The notes beneath the pieces are model-generated. The model ran no database searches and was not told the origin of the DNA. It saw only the letters and a program-made list of their open reading frames with translations. Position numbers and translations under genes: made by a program. This document shows, in pieces, positions 44,470 through 54,817 of a stretch of DNA of 64,000 bases (positions within the stretch are counted from its first letter, which is position 1; the number at the start of each line of letters is the position of its first letter). The stretch is taken from positions 9,978 to 73,977 of the forward strand of contig CAYVDS010000002.1 in the NCBI GenBank assembly GCA_964450145.1, in the 5' to 3' direction. This stretch comes from an uncultured bacterium (GTDB taxonomy: Bacteria; Abyssobacteria; SURF-5).

Positions 44470-46281
44470 ATGGCATACGGTATCCCTGAAGAAACCATCG
44501 AACGCATACGCTCGCAAGCCGATATCGTTCAGGTTATCTCGGAGTATGTGACCCTGAAGAAAGCTGGAGCCAGGTACAGGGCGTGCTGTCCTTTCCACAA
44601 GGAAAAGACGCCCTCCTTTATGGTTGATCCCGGCAAACAGCTTTACCATTGTTTCGGATGTGGCGCGGGGGGGAATGTCATCGGGTTTCTGATGCGGCAC
44701 GAAGGATTGACATTCGTCGAGGCGGTCAGGCGACTTGCCGAACGAATGGGCATCCAAATACAACAGGCCCGGTATGCGCCCGGTGAGCTAGAGAACCGTG
44801 AGCGATTGCACGATTTATACGAGTTCGTGACGGGCTTTTTCAGCCGAACCCTCCAAAAGTCAGAGCAGGCTGAGCCTGCCCGTAAGTACTTGGAAGGGCG
44901 AAATTTATCGGGAGAAATCATAAAACAGTTCTCACTCGGATATGCCCCGGGTGGCTGGGATGCGCTCGTCACAGAAGCAGGGAAAAAGGGATTCTCGAAG
45001 GAACTGCTGTTGCAGGGAGGCTTGGCCAGGAAGAGTTCCGAAGGCAGGGTCTACGACGCGTTCCGAAACAGGATAATGTTTCCCATTTGGGCGCTTTCAG
45101 GCAAAGTGGTGGCATTCGGGGGGCGGACTCTCGAGGAGGGCCAGCCGAAATACATAAATTCGCCCGAAACACCGATATATCAGAAAGGACAGACGCTCTA
45201 TAACCTTCACCGCGCCAAGACCAGCATATCGAATAATGGCGCGGTTATCGTCGTCGAAGGTTATACCGACCTCATCCGACTGGTCGTGAGCGGCATCGAT
45301 AATTGCGTCGCTTCTCTGGGAACTGCCTTCACGGAGGCGCAGGCCCGGCTTATCAAGCGGTACACAAATGAGGTTGTTCTCGTGTTTGATTCAGATTCGG
45401 CGGGGATTGCAGCGGCGCGTCGTGGCGTCGAAGTACTCCTTGAAGAGAACCTGGGCGTTAAGATCGCCGTTCTTCCGTCGTGCAAGGACCCCGACGAGTT
45501 CGTGCTTAAAGAAGGGGCTCAGGCTTTCCGTAATGTTGTGGCTGAGGTCAAGAATTTCGTTGATTTCCTCCTCGACAACGCTCTGGCGGGCGGCAAAGAG
45601 GCGGACGTGGAAAGTAGGATAAAATTCGCGAACACCCTTTCAGCGCTTCTTGGCAAAATCTCGGAGCCAATCAGACGGCAAGAATATCTTAGACTGGCGG
45701 CGGGTCGGCTGGGGATAAAGCCTGAGATATTGCTGGAAGTCTCGCAAAAAAACGTTTCTACGGACAAACTAGAAGAGGAAGCCAAACATTCCGAGACGCA
45801 GCTCAAGCACGGAGAAAAGGAGTACATGTGGCTCGTGAAGCTGCTTATGGATCGGCCGGAATGCAGGGCGAAAGTGCGTGAGCATCTCGACACTAAGACA
45901 GTGCAGAGCGAGCCGTTGCGGGAATTGCTTGATGTTGTCCTCAAATGTGACGCAGAGCGGTTTGAGGAGAACACGTTGCTCGACAAGGTGCAAAACGAGG
46001 AAGCGCAACGAATATTATCGAAGATGATGTTCGAGGAAATTGGCTCCGAATTTTTGTATCCCATCGAGTGGTGGGTTGGTTTTTTAGAGAGCCGCGAGAA
46101 GAGGCAGGAGCTTAACGCGCTTTCCCGCGAGATTGCCGAAGCGGAACGGGCGGGCGATATCGCCGGCGTGGAGCAGTTGCTTAGGAGAAAAACCGAAATG
46201 TCTCGCGATGCGGCGGAGATCCGGAAAAAGATTGCGAGAATTCCGGTGGACTCCCCGGCGGAGCGCGCGCTCGGCGGATAG
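44470..46281 (+). CDS. dnaG: DNA primase
   Basis: Zinc ribbon CPFHKEKTPSFMVDPGKQLYHCFGCGAGGNVIGFLM and a TOPRIM domain (VVEGYTDL, VLVFDSDSAG). Confidence 0.97.
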   Translation: MAYGIPEETIERIRSQADIVQVISEYVTLKKAGARYRACCPFHKEKTPSFMVDPGKQLYHCFGCGAGGNVIGFLMRHEGLTFVEAVRRLAERMGIQIQQARYAPGELENRERLHDLYEFVTGFFSRTLQKSEQAEPARKYLEGRNLSGEIIKQFSLGYAPGGWDALVTEAGKKGFSKELLLQGGLARKSSEGRVYDAFRNRIMFPIWALSGKVVAFGGRTLEEGQPKYINSPETPIYQKGQTLYNLHRAKTSISNNGAVIVVEGYTDLIRLVVSGIDNCVASLGTAFTEAQARLIKRYTNEVVLVFDSDSAGIAAARRGVEVLLEENLGVKIAVLPSCKDPDEFVLKEGAQAFRNVVAEVKNFVDFLLDNALAGGKEADVESRIKFANTLSALLGKISEPIRRQEYLRLAAGRLGIKPEILLEVSQKNVSTDKLEEEAKHSETQLKHGEKEYMWLVKLLMDRPECRAKVREHLDTKTVQSEPLRELLDVVLKCDAERFEENTLLDKVQNEEAQRILSKMMFEEIGSEFLYPIEWWVGFLESREKRQELNALSREIAEAERAGDIAGVEQLLRRKTEMSRDAAEIRKKIARIPVDSPAERALGG

Positions 46282-46439
46282 GCGCGGTTTCGACGAGAAG
46301 GAGGCGGAAGACGGTCGAGAACCGAATTGGGGAGTCGTGAGCGTGCAGGCGCTCCCGAAAACGAAACAGCAACAGAACAGTGGGGATAAAAACTGCGCAA
46401 AGGAAAGGCGAGAAAACCTGCGCAAAAAAGGGTGAGAGT

Positions 46440-48194
46440 GTGGAAAGAAGCCTTGACAAAAAGGTCAGCGAGAGCGAACTCGTTCAGGAGTTGATCGAAA
46501 AAGGTAAGAAGCAAGGGCAGCTTACCTTCGATGAAATCAATGACATGCTCCCGGATGATGTCGTCTCATCGGGCGAGATCGACGATATCCTCCTGACGCT
46601 CGGTGACCATGATATTGACGTCGTCGAAACGATGAAACTCGATGAGCCCGAGGAAGCCGTCGCCGAGGAAGAGGAAGAAGAGAAGGAGTTCGCTCCATCG
46701 AGGGTCGACCGGGCTGACGACCCCGTTCGAATGTATTTGCGGGAGATGGGACGCGTGCCTCTCCTCACCAAGGACGAGGAGGTTCGAATAGCGCAAAACA
46801 TCGAGAAGGCCGAGAACGCGCTGCGCGAAACCATCATCCGGACTCCCTTCGCCCTCAAAGACATTCTTCCGCTCATGCAGAAGATCGTACGCGGGAAAAA
46901 CTCTTTCGAGGGCATGACGCGGGAGGACGATGACCGCAAGCTGAAAGAACTCGAGGCGCGGCTGCCGAAGATTATCGATTTTCTCAATAAAAGCGAAGCG
47001 GCCATCCGAAGGTTCGAGAGAAGCCTCCAACGGCCTCGTATCGGCGAGAACACGAAGAAACGCATCCGAACAGAAATAGCCGCTGAGCGCACGAAACAGG
47101 CGGCAGCGCTCCGCGAACTCAACCTCAAGATGAAGGAAGTCATCAAGGTCGCGGGGAAAGTAAAGAATCTTAAGCCGAAGATAGAGAGTGCGGAGGCCGA
47201 GATCAGGGTGATCGAAAACGAGCTCAAGCTCAACTCGGAGAAGACCGAAGAACTCGGCAAGAAGTTGAGAAGCCGTCAAATCGATTCGAAGCGACTTGCC
47301 AAGAAACTTCCCGTGCCGCTCAGCCGGGTCGACGAGCTTGAGAAAAAGATGCAGAACGCGAAGCGGCGGCTGAATACGATCTATCACGACACGCGACTCA
47401 CCAAGCAGGGTATCTCCGGACTTATTGCGCGCGTCGAAAACAATGAGGCCGGCATCTATGGCGCGAAGATGGACCTCGTCGAAGCCAACCTTCGCCTCGT
47501 GGTGAGCATTGCGAAGAAATACACCAACCGCGGTATGTCCTTCCTGGACCTGATCCAGGAAGGCAATATCGGGCTGATGAAGGCCGTGGACAAATTCGAA
47601 TACCGTCGCGGTTACCAGTTCTCGACGTACGCCACATGGTGGATCAGGCAGGCCCTCACCCGCGCGATCGCCGACCAGGCGCGCACCATCCGCATACCGG
47701 TCCACATGATCGAGACCATAAACAAGGTCATACGCACGTCGCGTCGGCTTGTGCAGGAATACGGCAGAGAGCCCACTCCGGAGGAAATCTCCGAGGCGAT
47801 GCGCATGGAAGTCGAGAAGGTGCGCGGCATCCTCAAGATAGCGCAGGAGGCGATATCGCTCGAAACCCCGATAGGCGACGAGGGCGACAGCAGCTTCGGC
47901 GATTTCATCGAGGATAAGTCAATCGAGTCGCCCATAAACGCGGCGGCGTTCACCGTTTTCCAGGAGAAGCTCGAAGAAGTCCTGAAAACCCTGACCGAGC
48001 GCGAGGAAAAGGTCTTGCGACTTCGCTTCGGGCTCGGGGACGGCTATCCGCGAACGCTGGAAGAAGTGGGAAGCGTTTTCAACGTGACCCGCGAGCGTGT
48101 TCGCCAGATCGAGGCAAAAGCCATTCGCAAACTGCGACATCCGACACGCAGCCGCAAACTGAAGACTTTCATCGAGTGGGCTGTGACGGAATAA
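46440..48194 (+). CDS. rpoD: Primary RNA polymerase sigma factor (sigma-70)
   Basis: Region 1.1 ([22 protein letters not shown]), region 2 ([37 protein letters not shown]) and region 4 ([30 protein letters not shown]). The start is uncertain (GTG 46440 or GTG 46380). Confidence 0.97.
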   Translation: MERSLDKKVSESELVQELIEKGKKQGQLTFDEINDMLPDDVVSSGEIDDILLTLGDHDIDVVETMKLDEPEEAVAEEEEEEKEFAPSRVDRADDPVRMYLREMGRVPLLTKDEEVRIAQNIEKAENALRETIIRTPFALKDILPLMQKIVRGKNSFEGMTREDDDRKLKELEARLPKIIDFLNKSEAAIRRFERSLQRPRIGENTKKRIRTEIAAERTKQAAALRELNLKMKEVIKVAGKVKNLKPKIESAEAEIRVIENELKLNSEKTEELGKKLRSRQIDSKRLAKKLPVPLSRVDELEKKMQNAKRRLNTIYHDTRLTKQGISGLIARVENNEAGIYGAKMDLVEANLRLVVSIAKKYTNRGMSFLDLIQEGNIGLMKAVDKFEYRRGYQFSTYATWWIRQALTRAIADQARTIRIPVHMIETINKVIRTSRRLVQEYGREPTPEEISEAMRMEVEKVRGILKIAQEAISLETPIGDEGDSSFGDFIEDKSIESPINAAAFTVFQEKLEEVLKTLTEREEKVLRLRFGLGDGYPRTLEEVGSVFNVTRERVRQIEAKAIRKLRHPTRSRKLKTFIEWAVTE

Positions 48195-48219
48195 CGCTGG
48201 CTGAGAACCAAAACACACG

Positions 48220-48258
48220 CCGGGATGCGGCAAGTTTTCCGCGTCCCGGTTTCTTTTC
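48220..48258 (+). terminator. Rho-independent terminator after rpoD
   Basis: CCGGGATGCGGcaagttttCCGCGTCCCGG followed by TTTCTTTTC, 26 nt after the stop. Confidence 0.75.
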
Positions 48259-48435
48259 AAGGGAGAAAAGCCGAAAGTGGGAACCCTGTCTCTGGGTTCC
48301 GCTAAAAAGGGGACACAGGTCAAAGGGAATAACGCAAGAGACAGCTCGACTGGCGCTCGAAAAGACGGAAGAAACATTCCGATGGCTGTCCTCGATATTG
48401 CAAAAGTGGGGCGTGTTTAATTTCCGGCGACCGAT

Positions 48436-49311
48436 TCATCCATGGTTAAGGACTCTCTTCATCGTTACTCGCGCCAACTTATACAATATAAAAGCGGTCA
48501 TCAACGGAAAGACGACTATCTCCACGAACAGAATCACAAGATAGTAAAGAAAGGCGTGCATACTACTATTGAATGAATTCAAGAGTGCGCTGCCAATGAG
48601 CCTTATTCGCGTCCTTATCTGATCAGAACTTTCCATCGGATGCGTGATCGAGATGTCCTCCCTTATCGATAAGAACTCCTCCTTCAGCCTGTCAAATTGT
48701 CTCTCAAAGTTCCCGATCGCCTCAACCTCACGTTCCTTGACCGGCTCAGTGAGAAATCCTTCCAACGAATGGCTTGCGATCACCGTAACCGGCGCCAGGT
48801 ACGCGAGCAAGAGACCGCTCAGAATCGCGACCCTTGACAGAGTCTGAAGATACTCCAGAATCCCTTGATAGATACGCGGTCGCGCTGTCTTGCCCTCGTC
48901 CGAAAACGCAAGAATTCTTATGCCCCAGAGCACGCACCCTATCCCCAGAATCCGTACGCCAAAACTGAGCAAACCGAACTCCAGAACAAACTTGTAGAGA
49001 CTGAGCGTCAAAAGCGCATAGAGAAGAATTTTCCAGACATAGTCCACAAAATCATACACAGGCTGCGCAAGGTCGCCGATTTCTACAGTCACGATGACCG
49101 CGCCCATGGTCGAGCCTTCAATCACTGCAAGCCCCGCCTTGATCCCCGAAACAACTGCAAAAGTCCTCACATTCTCCGCTAGCGCGCCATCAACGCTTCC
49201 CAGCGCCTTCCCATTTATTGCATCGTAGCCCGCCAGCCTCGGAGAAACAACAGCCACACTCCCCACAGCCACAAGCAGAACCGCCGCAATATATTGCATT
49301 GTCTTATTCAT
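48436..49311 (-). CDS. Polytopic membrane protein, unknown function (291 aa from MNKTMQYIAAV)
   Basis: Track ORF with several TM helices and a charged helical segment (EREVEAIGNFERQFDRLKEEF). I recognise no family. Confidence 0.6.
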   Translation of the reverse strand: MNKTMQYIAAVLLVAVGSVAVVSPRLAGYDAINGKALGSVDGALAENVRTFAVVSGIKAGLAVIEGSTMGAVIVTVEIGDLAQPVYDFVDYVWKILLYALLTLSLYKFVLEFGLLSFGVRILGIGCVLWGIRILAFSDEGKTARPRIYQGILEYLQTLSRVAILSGLLLAYLAPVTVIASHSLEGFLTEPVKEREVEAIGNFERQFDRLKEEFLSIREDISITHPMESSDQIRTRIRLIGSALLNSFNSSMHAFLYYLVILFVEIVVFPLMTAFILYKLARVTMKRVLNHG

Positions 49312-49426
49312 AGCGTCAATTATACATGCCCTGCATCCCCATTTGCCAATCTCGCCCCGCAAGCACCCCCTTGTTGACATTTAGCCTCAAAAGCCAATAA
49401 AATCTGTCGGGTTTCCTTGCGCGACC

Positions 49427-51319
49427 GTGTCAAGATCGGAGGGCCGAAAGGTGTTCTCGCTTATGATAACTCTCACCGTGCTTTTGATTCTTGCCAGCGT
49501 GGCCTTGCTTATATGGCCGATTCTTGGTGATGGCAGGAAGTACTTGCCAAACTCCGAGGAACTGCGGTGGCTCCGCTCAACCACAATTACGCAGGATGAG
49601 AAAGGTCGCAAAGCGTTTGGGCGCGCCACGCTTGAGCGGCGCGGAGGACTCAGCGTGCTCAAACTGTGCGGCTCGCATTACGAAATGGGGTACCAGCAGG
49701 GCATTCTCCTCAGAGACGATATTCGGGCGGGCGCCGTCCCTTATTACGCAAGACCAACCGAGAACTTCGCGCCATTCAAACACATGAACGCAATAATACG
49801 AAAGTTTCTTGCCATATACTTTGACTGGACAATTTACCGGCCTCTTCTCAAATGCTCGCCAAAACAGTATCTGGCGGAACTGAAGGGTCTGGCCGATGGA
49901 TGCGGACTTCCGTTCGCCGAAATATTCCGTGGTAATATGCTCTCTGACCTGAATATGAATCTGATCAAGGTCCTGGAAAAGAAGGCCCTCAGGAAAGTGG
50001 GGGAGACAGGCTGCACCAGCTTCGCAGCGTTCGGCAAGGCGACTACTGACGGCAAGCTCGTCATGGGCCGAAACACCGACTACGCGGGCGGCGGCCTGTG
50101 GGATACCCACCAGACCGTGGTCTTTTACGAGCCCGACGACGGCTATAAATTCGTGAGCGTAAGCTCGGCCGGTTTGATCAAGTGCAACTCGTGCATGAAT
50201 GAAAAAGGGCTCTGCCTCGGCGCTCATTTCCTCTTTCTCAATGACACATCGCCGGACGGCGTCAGCTTCACGTTTCTCGAAATGGAAATCATGAAGAAAG
50301 CGTCCTCTGTCGAGGAGGCTCTAGCGATAGTGAAACAGAATCCACGCGCAGGCGCGTTCGCGTTTCTGCTGGCCGACGGCAAGGCGAACCAAGCCGCCGT
50401 CGTCGAGGCGAGCACGAACCACATTGGCGTGCGCCACCCATACGACAGTGTCATTTGGGAAACAAATATGGGCACAACCGCCGAAATCATACCGGTCGAC
50501 GTGCTTCTCAGAAACGGAATTGGAAAGAACCCCGTCGCACGCTTCGAGCGCATGCGGATGCTCACGAACGAAAATAAAGGCAAAATCAATCCCCAACTCG
50601 CCGCTCAATTCATGGGCGACCACATGGATATGTGTTCCGACAGCCTGCGGCCCACCGGCGGGATAATCTCGCAGGGGTCGAACCTGACCAGCGCGGTGTT
50701 CAGCCCTGCCACATTCGATTTCTGGGTGGCCGACGGTCTTGCGCCTGTCTGCAACAACGCCTATTTGGGATTTAATTTAATGAGTGAACTTGCTGATAAG
50801 GGTTCAGTCGTCGAACCTAAAACGCTCGCGCCGAATGACTATGTCAAAACAGACGATTACAAGGGACTCAGAAAATTCTATGAAGCCGCCGTGAAATTCA
50901 TGATTCCTCCGACGGATGGAAAAGCCGCGCTCGATAAGCTCGAAGAAGCGGTCGCGCTCAGGCCGGAAGAAGCCATTTACCGCCGGGTGGCCGCAAGGCT
51001 CTTGCTGCGGCGCGGAGACTTCTCCCGGGCTTCCGAGCACCTCAAACGCGCTCTCGAATCTGTCCAGAGCCCGAGCGAATTCGCGCAGACCCATCTGCTG
51101 CTCGGATTCGCGAAGGACCTCCTCGGCAAACGAGACGAGGCGGTAAACTGCTATCAAGCGGCGCTTAAAGTTCCGAATTCGAGCAAGAACGGGGTCCTTT
51201 CCACCGTGAATCCGTTTGCTCTTGCCGATGCAAGAAAATACTCGCAGGCGCCGTTTACCCCAAACGACGCCAAGAAGATCGAGATAAACTTCGAGCTCAC
51301 GAGCAAGCATGACCTCTAG
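49427..51319 (+). CDS. C45-family (acyl-CoA:6-APA acyltransferase-like, Ntn-hydrolase) peptidase with C-terminal TPR region
   Basis: ETGCTSFAAFGKATTDGKLVMGRNTDY is the typical Cys-nucleophile context. There is an N-terminal signal anchor and TPR-like helices at the C-terminus. Confidence 0.7.
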   Translation: MSRSEGRKVFSLMITLTVLLILASVALLIWPILGDGRKYLPNSEELRWLRSTTITQDEKGRKAFGRATLERRGGLSVLKLCGSHYEMGYQQGILLRDDIRAGAVPYYARPTENFAPFKHMNAIIRKFLAIYFDWTIYRPLLKCSPKQYLAELKGLADGCGLPFAEIFRGNMLSDLNMNLIKVLEKKALRKVGETGCTSFAAFGKATTDGKLVMGRNTDYAGGGLWDTHQTVVFYEPDDGYKFVSVSSAGLIKCNSCMNEKGLCLGAHFLFLNDTSPDGVSFTFLEMEIMKKASSVEEALAIVKQNPRAGAFAFLLADGKANQAAVVEASTNHIGVRHPYDSVIWETNMGTTAEIIPVDVLLRNGIGKNPVARFERMRMLTNENKGKINPQLAAQFMGDHMDMCSDSLRPTGGIISQGSNLTSAVFSPATFDFWVADGLAPVCNNAYLGFNLMSELADKGSVVEPKTLAPNDYVKTDDYKGLRKFYEAAVKFMIPPTDGKAALDKLEEAVALRPEEAIYRRVAARLLLRRGDFSRASEHLKRALESVQSPSEFAQTHLLLGFAKDLLGKRDEAVNCYQAALKVPNSSKNGVLSTVNPFALADARKYSQAPFTPNDAKKIEINFELTSKHDL

Positions 51320-51376
51320 GACATGCCTTCAACGGCGAAGTTCCGATGGATTCAACAAGCCTTACGCTAGTTCTAT

Positions 51377-51405
51377 GAGTGCGAATTCATTCGCACCCAC
51401 AGAAT
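51377..51405. repeat. R3 element, single arm (GAGTGCGAATTCATTCGCACCCACAGAAT)
   Basis: Read directly, between the convergent C45 and fliS genes. Confidence 0.55.
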
Positions 51406-51478
51406 ACCATCTTCTTTTGCCAATTAAGAGACACCCTCCTTGCTGGAGTCTTCCCCAAGAATGATAGAAGAGGTTTTG

Positions 51479-51994
51479 TTACGCCGTCACGGACAGAAGC
51501 CGTGAATTATCGGTGGGATGGCGAGGAGCGGCCGGCTTGGCGCCGTTCCCGTTTGAGCCGTTTCCGCCACCGTTCTTGGGAACGTACTCGGCCAGCGCTT
51601 TCTCGAAATCAATCTCGGCCCATGCCGAGCGCAAATTGTTGAGAATAGTGAGCACGTTATCGAGAAGCCGGGTCTCCTTCGTGAAATTCACTTCAATCAG
51701 GCGGCCTATCATATACACGTAGAGGCGTTGCAGGTTCTTGGCCACGTCGCCGCCTTCTTCCACGTTCAGGATACGCAGCAGTTCGGTGACTATGTCACGG
51801 GCTCTCACAATAGATTTGTAGCTTTGCGGGTAATCTTTTGCCGTTATCGCGTCTCGGGCCTGAGTCGTGAACTTTATGGCGCCGTCGTAGAGCATGAGGA
51901 TGAGCTCTTTCTGGCATAGCCCATTGACTTGCTCCTCGCGGTAGCATTTCGCCGCCTTTGCGGAAACAATGTCACCCTTTGACGGTTCGCCCAT
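51479..51994 (-). CDS. fliS: Flagellar export chaperone FliS
   Basis: ELILMLYDGAIKFTTQA...SIVRARDIVTELL..LN.EEGGDVAKNLQRLYVYM, plus a Gly/Asn-rich tail. Confidence 0.9.
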   Translation of the reverse strand: MGEPSKGDIVSAKAAKCYREEQVNGLCQKELILMLYDGAIKFTTQARDAITAKDYPQSYKSIVRARDIVTELLRILNVEEGGDVAKNLQRLYVYMIGRLIEVNFTKETRLLDNVLTILNNLRSAWAEIDFEKALAEYVPKNGGGNGSNGNGAKPAAPRHPTDNSRLLSVTA

Positions 51995-52023
51995 TTCCTG
52001 TTACTCCCTGCTTCGACGAAACA

Positions 52024-54333
52024 CTAGCTATTGTTCCCCATCTTGTCCATTGTCGGCAGATTCGCGAGTTGCTCGATAAGGAACTGTCCCTGCGAATTCA
52101 TAGTGGCAAGGGTCGCCTCGAGCCGCGCGAATTGGTCGATCAGATCGAGCCTCTTTTCCTCGAGCCGCTGTTCCATGTCTTCAATATCGGCATCGAGTTC
52201 GTCTATCTTTCGTGTGAAGGTGTCCACGCGCAAGGTGACCCGGCCATCTATTGGGTCGGTAAGGAAACCGAGTTGATCGCTCAACCTGGCCGCGATGCCG
52301 TCTATCACGGTAACAACCGCCTCGGAATCCAATAAGTCCACCTCGGCGGGCGTCAGCGCCACAAGAAGAGAAAGGCCATCGGTCGTCGCATTGCCCGTGT
52401 TTCCCCTCAGTATCTGCCCGCTGCCCGTCGCCGCCTCGCCATTTATAGTTCCGGCCACGTCGTGCCCCGCCGTCGAAACCGCTCCTGTGAGGCCGAGCGT
52501 TCCGAAGGCGCTGTTCTCGGGTTCCGTTCCGAGTTCGACCTTGGATGAGGCCCCATAGCTGGATGACGTGAACACCAGGCGCCCGTCGGTAAATTCGACT
52601 GTGATACCCCGTCCGGAAAGCTGCGAATCTGCGTCGAGTTGCGTTTGTATCTCGGCGGCCAGTTCGTCGCCTGTGGCATATGTTTGAGCGGTTAGCGTCA
52701 GAATCGAGCTTTCCTTGTTGTCGACCGTCAAGCGGAATTGATTGTCGCTGCTCGTAAGTGTTATCGGAAAGCCGCTCAGGTCGGAGCCTTCGAGTATTCC
52801 GTGCGTGGCAGCAGAGGTTATGTCAACCACGAAACCGGAACTGCTCAGAACGGTCCGGGAAGTTGAAGAAACGTAAGTGACGTCGGGGTTCGTTGTGGCG
52901 AAGCTTGTTGAGAACAGGTCCGTTACGCCGTCGAGGTTTGATGCAAGCGCAGCGTCGAGTTTGGCGGAGTCAAGAACGAGGGTACCTGTCTCCCCGACGG
53001 AGGTGATGCCGATTGCCGCCAGCCGGTTCATATCGCTGGGCAGGCCCGGAATGACGCCGGTCGCTATTCTCCTTAAATCATTCTGCACGCTTACGAGCAA
53101 CGAATCGCCGATTAGCAGGCCGGCTTCCTCCGCAACGGTATCATAGCGGAGTTGCTCGTTCAGGAAATCAATGACTTGATTGTACGACTCCACAAAGCCT
53201 TCGACGGCAGTCCGCACCGCTTCGGTATCATTCGCGACGGTCAACCTGACCGTTGTCGCGGGGTCCGCGCCATTAAGATTCAGAGTGACTCCGGGGATGA
53301 CATCCGTGAATGTGTTGGTGGTGCTTCTTATAGTGATGGGCGCGCCGCCGCCCGAACTGCTGCCCAACGTAATGGATGCATCCTGCGCGACTTGGATCGT
53401 GGGCACGAACGTGTCAATGGAGAATTGGTCTCCGACGGCAAGCGTGCCGCTGTCGCTGAACGCTATCGAGACACCGTCTTCCATGACTGTTCCGGCGGCC
53501 GACGTGAGGAATCCGGCGCCGCCGTTGTCGTTGAATGTCACTCCGCCGTCCGTCGAGTAGCGGAAAGTCGCGACGCCGACAGCCCCGCCCGACATTATCT
53601 CCACCATGAAAGTCTGGTTCGCGCTGCCCGCGTAAGAACCGAGGGCTGTGGCGCTGCCTGTGTAAGAGGAACTATTGCCCTGGCCGACTTCGACCGAATC
53701 GAGGTTGTTGCTCTCGAAGTCGGGCGCAGTTCCGCCCGTCAGGTTGACGGTTACATCTATTGTGTTGGCAGCGCCGCCTACCGAACTCGTCAGCAAGAGC
53801 CGGTACGGATTCGAGGCGCTGCCGTCGTTGATGATTGTCGCCGTGACGCCGGCGTCGGCGTTATTGATTGCGTCTCGCAATTCGCCGAGCGTATCATCGC
53901 CGGCATCGATTTCGATTGTGGTTACGGCTCCCGAGCCTACCCTGATGGCTATAGTGCCAGCGCCAATACTCGTTTCGTCCGTGTCCGCAAAGCCTTGCGA
54001 GGCCAATTGGTGTGCCTGCGCAAGCTGGTTGACCCTAATAAAGTGAGTGCCGGGGGCAGCATTGCCGGTGACGGAAGCAGAGAGCAGGGACTCGTTGCTT
54101 GAGGTGACAGCAAGCGTCTGGAAACTATCCTGTCTGGAAAGGGAAGTCGCCGAAGTGCGTAACGCGAGGAGGAGCCCATTGAAGCTCTGGATCGTCGTCA
54201 GCTTCGCGGTCTCTTCCGTCTTTGTAGCCGTTACAAGGTCGATTCGGCGTTGCTCCACGGAGACTATGCTGTCTATTATGGACTGCCAGTCTATTCCAGT
54301 GGATATTCCAGTAAAGGTTATGTCACCCATCAC
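52024..54333 (-). CDS. fliD: Flagellar filament cap protein FliD (hook-associated protein 2), unusually long (769 aa)
   Basis: N-terminus ITFTGISTGIDWQSIIDSIVSVEQRRIDL. The C-terminus is a coiled coil (IDELDADIEDMEQRLEEKRLDLIDQFARLEATLATMNSQ). Confidence 0.93.
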   Translation of the reverse strand: MMGDITFTGISTGIDWQSIIDSIVSVEQRRIDLVTATKTEETAKLTTIQSFNGLLLALRTSATSLSRQDSFQTLAVTSSNESLLSASVTGNAAPGTHFIRVNQLAQAHQLASQGFADTDETSIGAGTIAIRVGSGAVTTIEIDAGDDTLGELRDAINNADAGVTATIINDGSASNPYRLLLTSSVGGAANTIDVTVNLTGGTAPDFESNNLDSVEVGQGNSSSYTGSATALGSYAGSANQTFMVEIMSGGAVGVATFRYSTDGGVTFNDNGGAGFLTSAAGTVMEDGVSIAFSDSGTLAVGDQFSIDTFVPTIQVAQDASITLGSSSGGGAPITIRSTTNTFTDVIPGVTLNLNGADPATTVRLTVANDTEAVRTAVEGFVESYNQVIDFLNEQLRYDTVAEEAGLLIGDSLLVSVQNDLRRIATGVIPGLPSDMNRLAAIGITSVGETGTLVLDSAKLDAALASNLDGVTDLFSTSFATTNPDVTYVSSTSRTVLSSSGFVVDITSAATHGILEGSDLSGFPITLTSSDNQFRLTVDNKESSILTLTAQTYATGDELAAEIQTQLDADSQLSGRGITVEFTDGRLVFTSSSYGASSKVELGTEPENSAFGTLGLTGAVSTAGHDVAGTINGEAATGSGQILRGNTGNATTDGLSLLVALTPAEVDLLDSEAVVTVIDGIAARLSDQLGFLTDPIDGRVTLRVDTFTRKIDELDADIEDMEQRLEEKRLDLIDQFARLEATLATMNSQGQFLIEQLANLPTMDKMGNNS

Positions 54334-54348
54334 GGTCCCCTTTGCTTA

Positions 54349-54738
54349 TCATCCGCTTTCGTCAAGGAGGATACCGACAATGTTCCGTATCTTCGCGTAA
54401 ACGTCCAACAACTCCTGGGGCGGAATCTGGCGAATAACTTCGCCGTTTTCATCGAGCACCTGAACTGCGGATCGTCCGCTTGCCTCGTCGCGGATAAAGT
54501 TGAGGCTGCTTCCGATCTCATGCAGATACTTGTTGATTCCGTCAAGAGTGTTCTCCACCTCAGCAGCATCCATTTCGGCAGCGTCCGTTTCAGCGACGGT
54601 TTGCGGCAACGAAACGGGCGCAAACTGAGGTGTCGCTGGCGGGCTGCTTGCAACTCGACGGTCGGTACTGACACCGGACGTTCTTCCAGCAGCCGGGTCA
54701 AGGCCTGGGTAGCCTGCCTGATCAATCCTTATGCCCAT
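54349..54738 (-). CDS. flaG: Flagellar protein FlaG
   Basis: SLNFIRDEASGRSAVQVLDENGEVIRQIPPQELLDVYAKIRNIVGILLD is the FlaG signature. It sits between fliC and fliD. Confidence 0.85.
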   Translation of the reverse strand: MGIRIDQAGYPGLDPAAGRTSGVSTDRRVASSPPATPQFAPVSLPQTVAETDAAEMDAAEVENTLDGINKYLHEIGSSLNFIRDEASGRSAVQVLDENGEVIRQIPPQELLDVYAKIRNIVGILLDESG

Positions 54739-54817
54739 CAGATTCTACCTCCTTGGGGTTCAAGCCGCGCTCCGAAACCGCGTGGCCTCAATCCCCAATC
54801 GGGCCGTTAGGCCGAAC

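Noticed and set aside
45519-47705. Long antisense ORFs (331, 258 and 379 aa) opposite dnaG and rpoD
   Set aside because: The sense frames are textbook DnaG and sigma-70. The antisense products are Ser/Arg-rich low complexity.
53152-54102. 316-aa plus-strand ORF opposite fliD, and 62411-63499(-) opposite the fourth GT2-TPR gene
   Set aside because: Both are shadow frames of well-supported genes with no motifs of their own.
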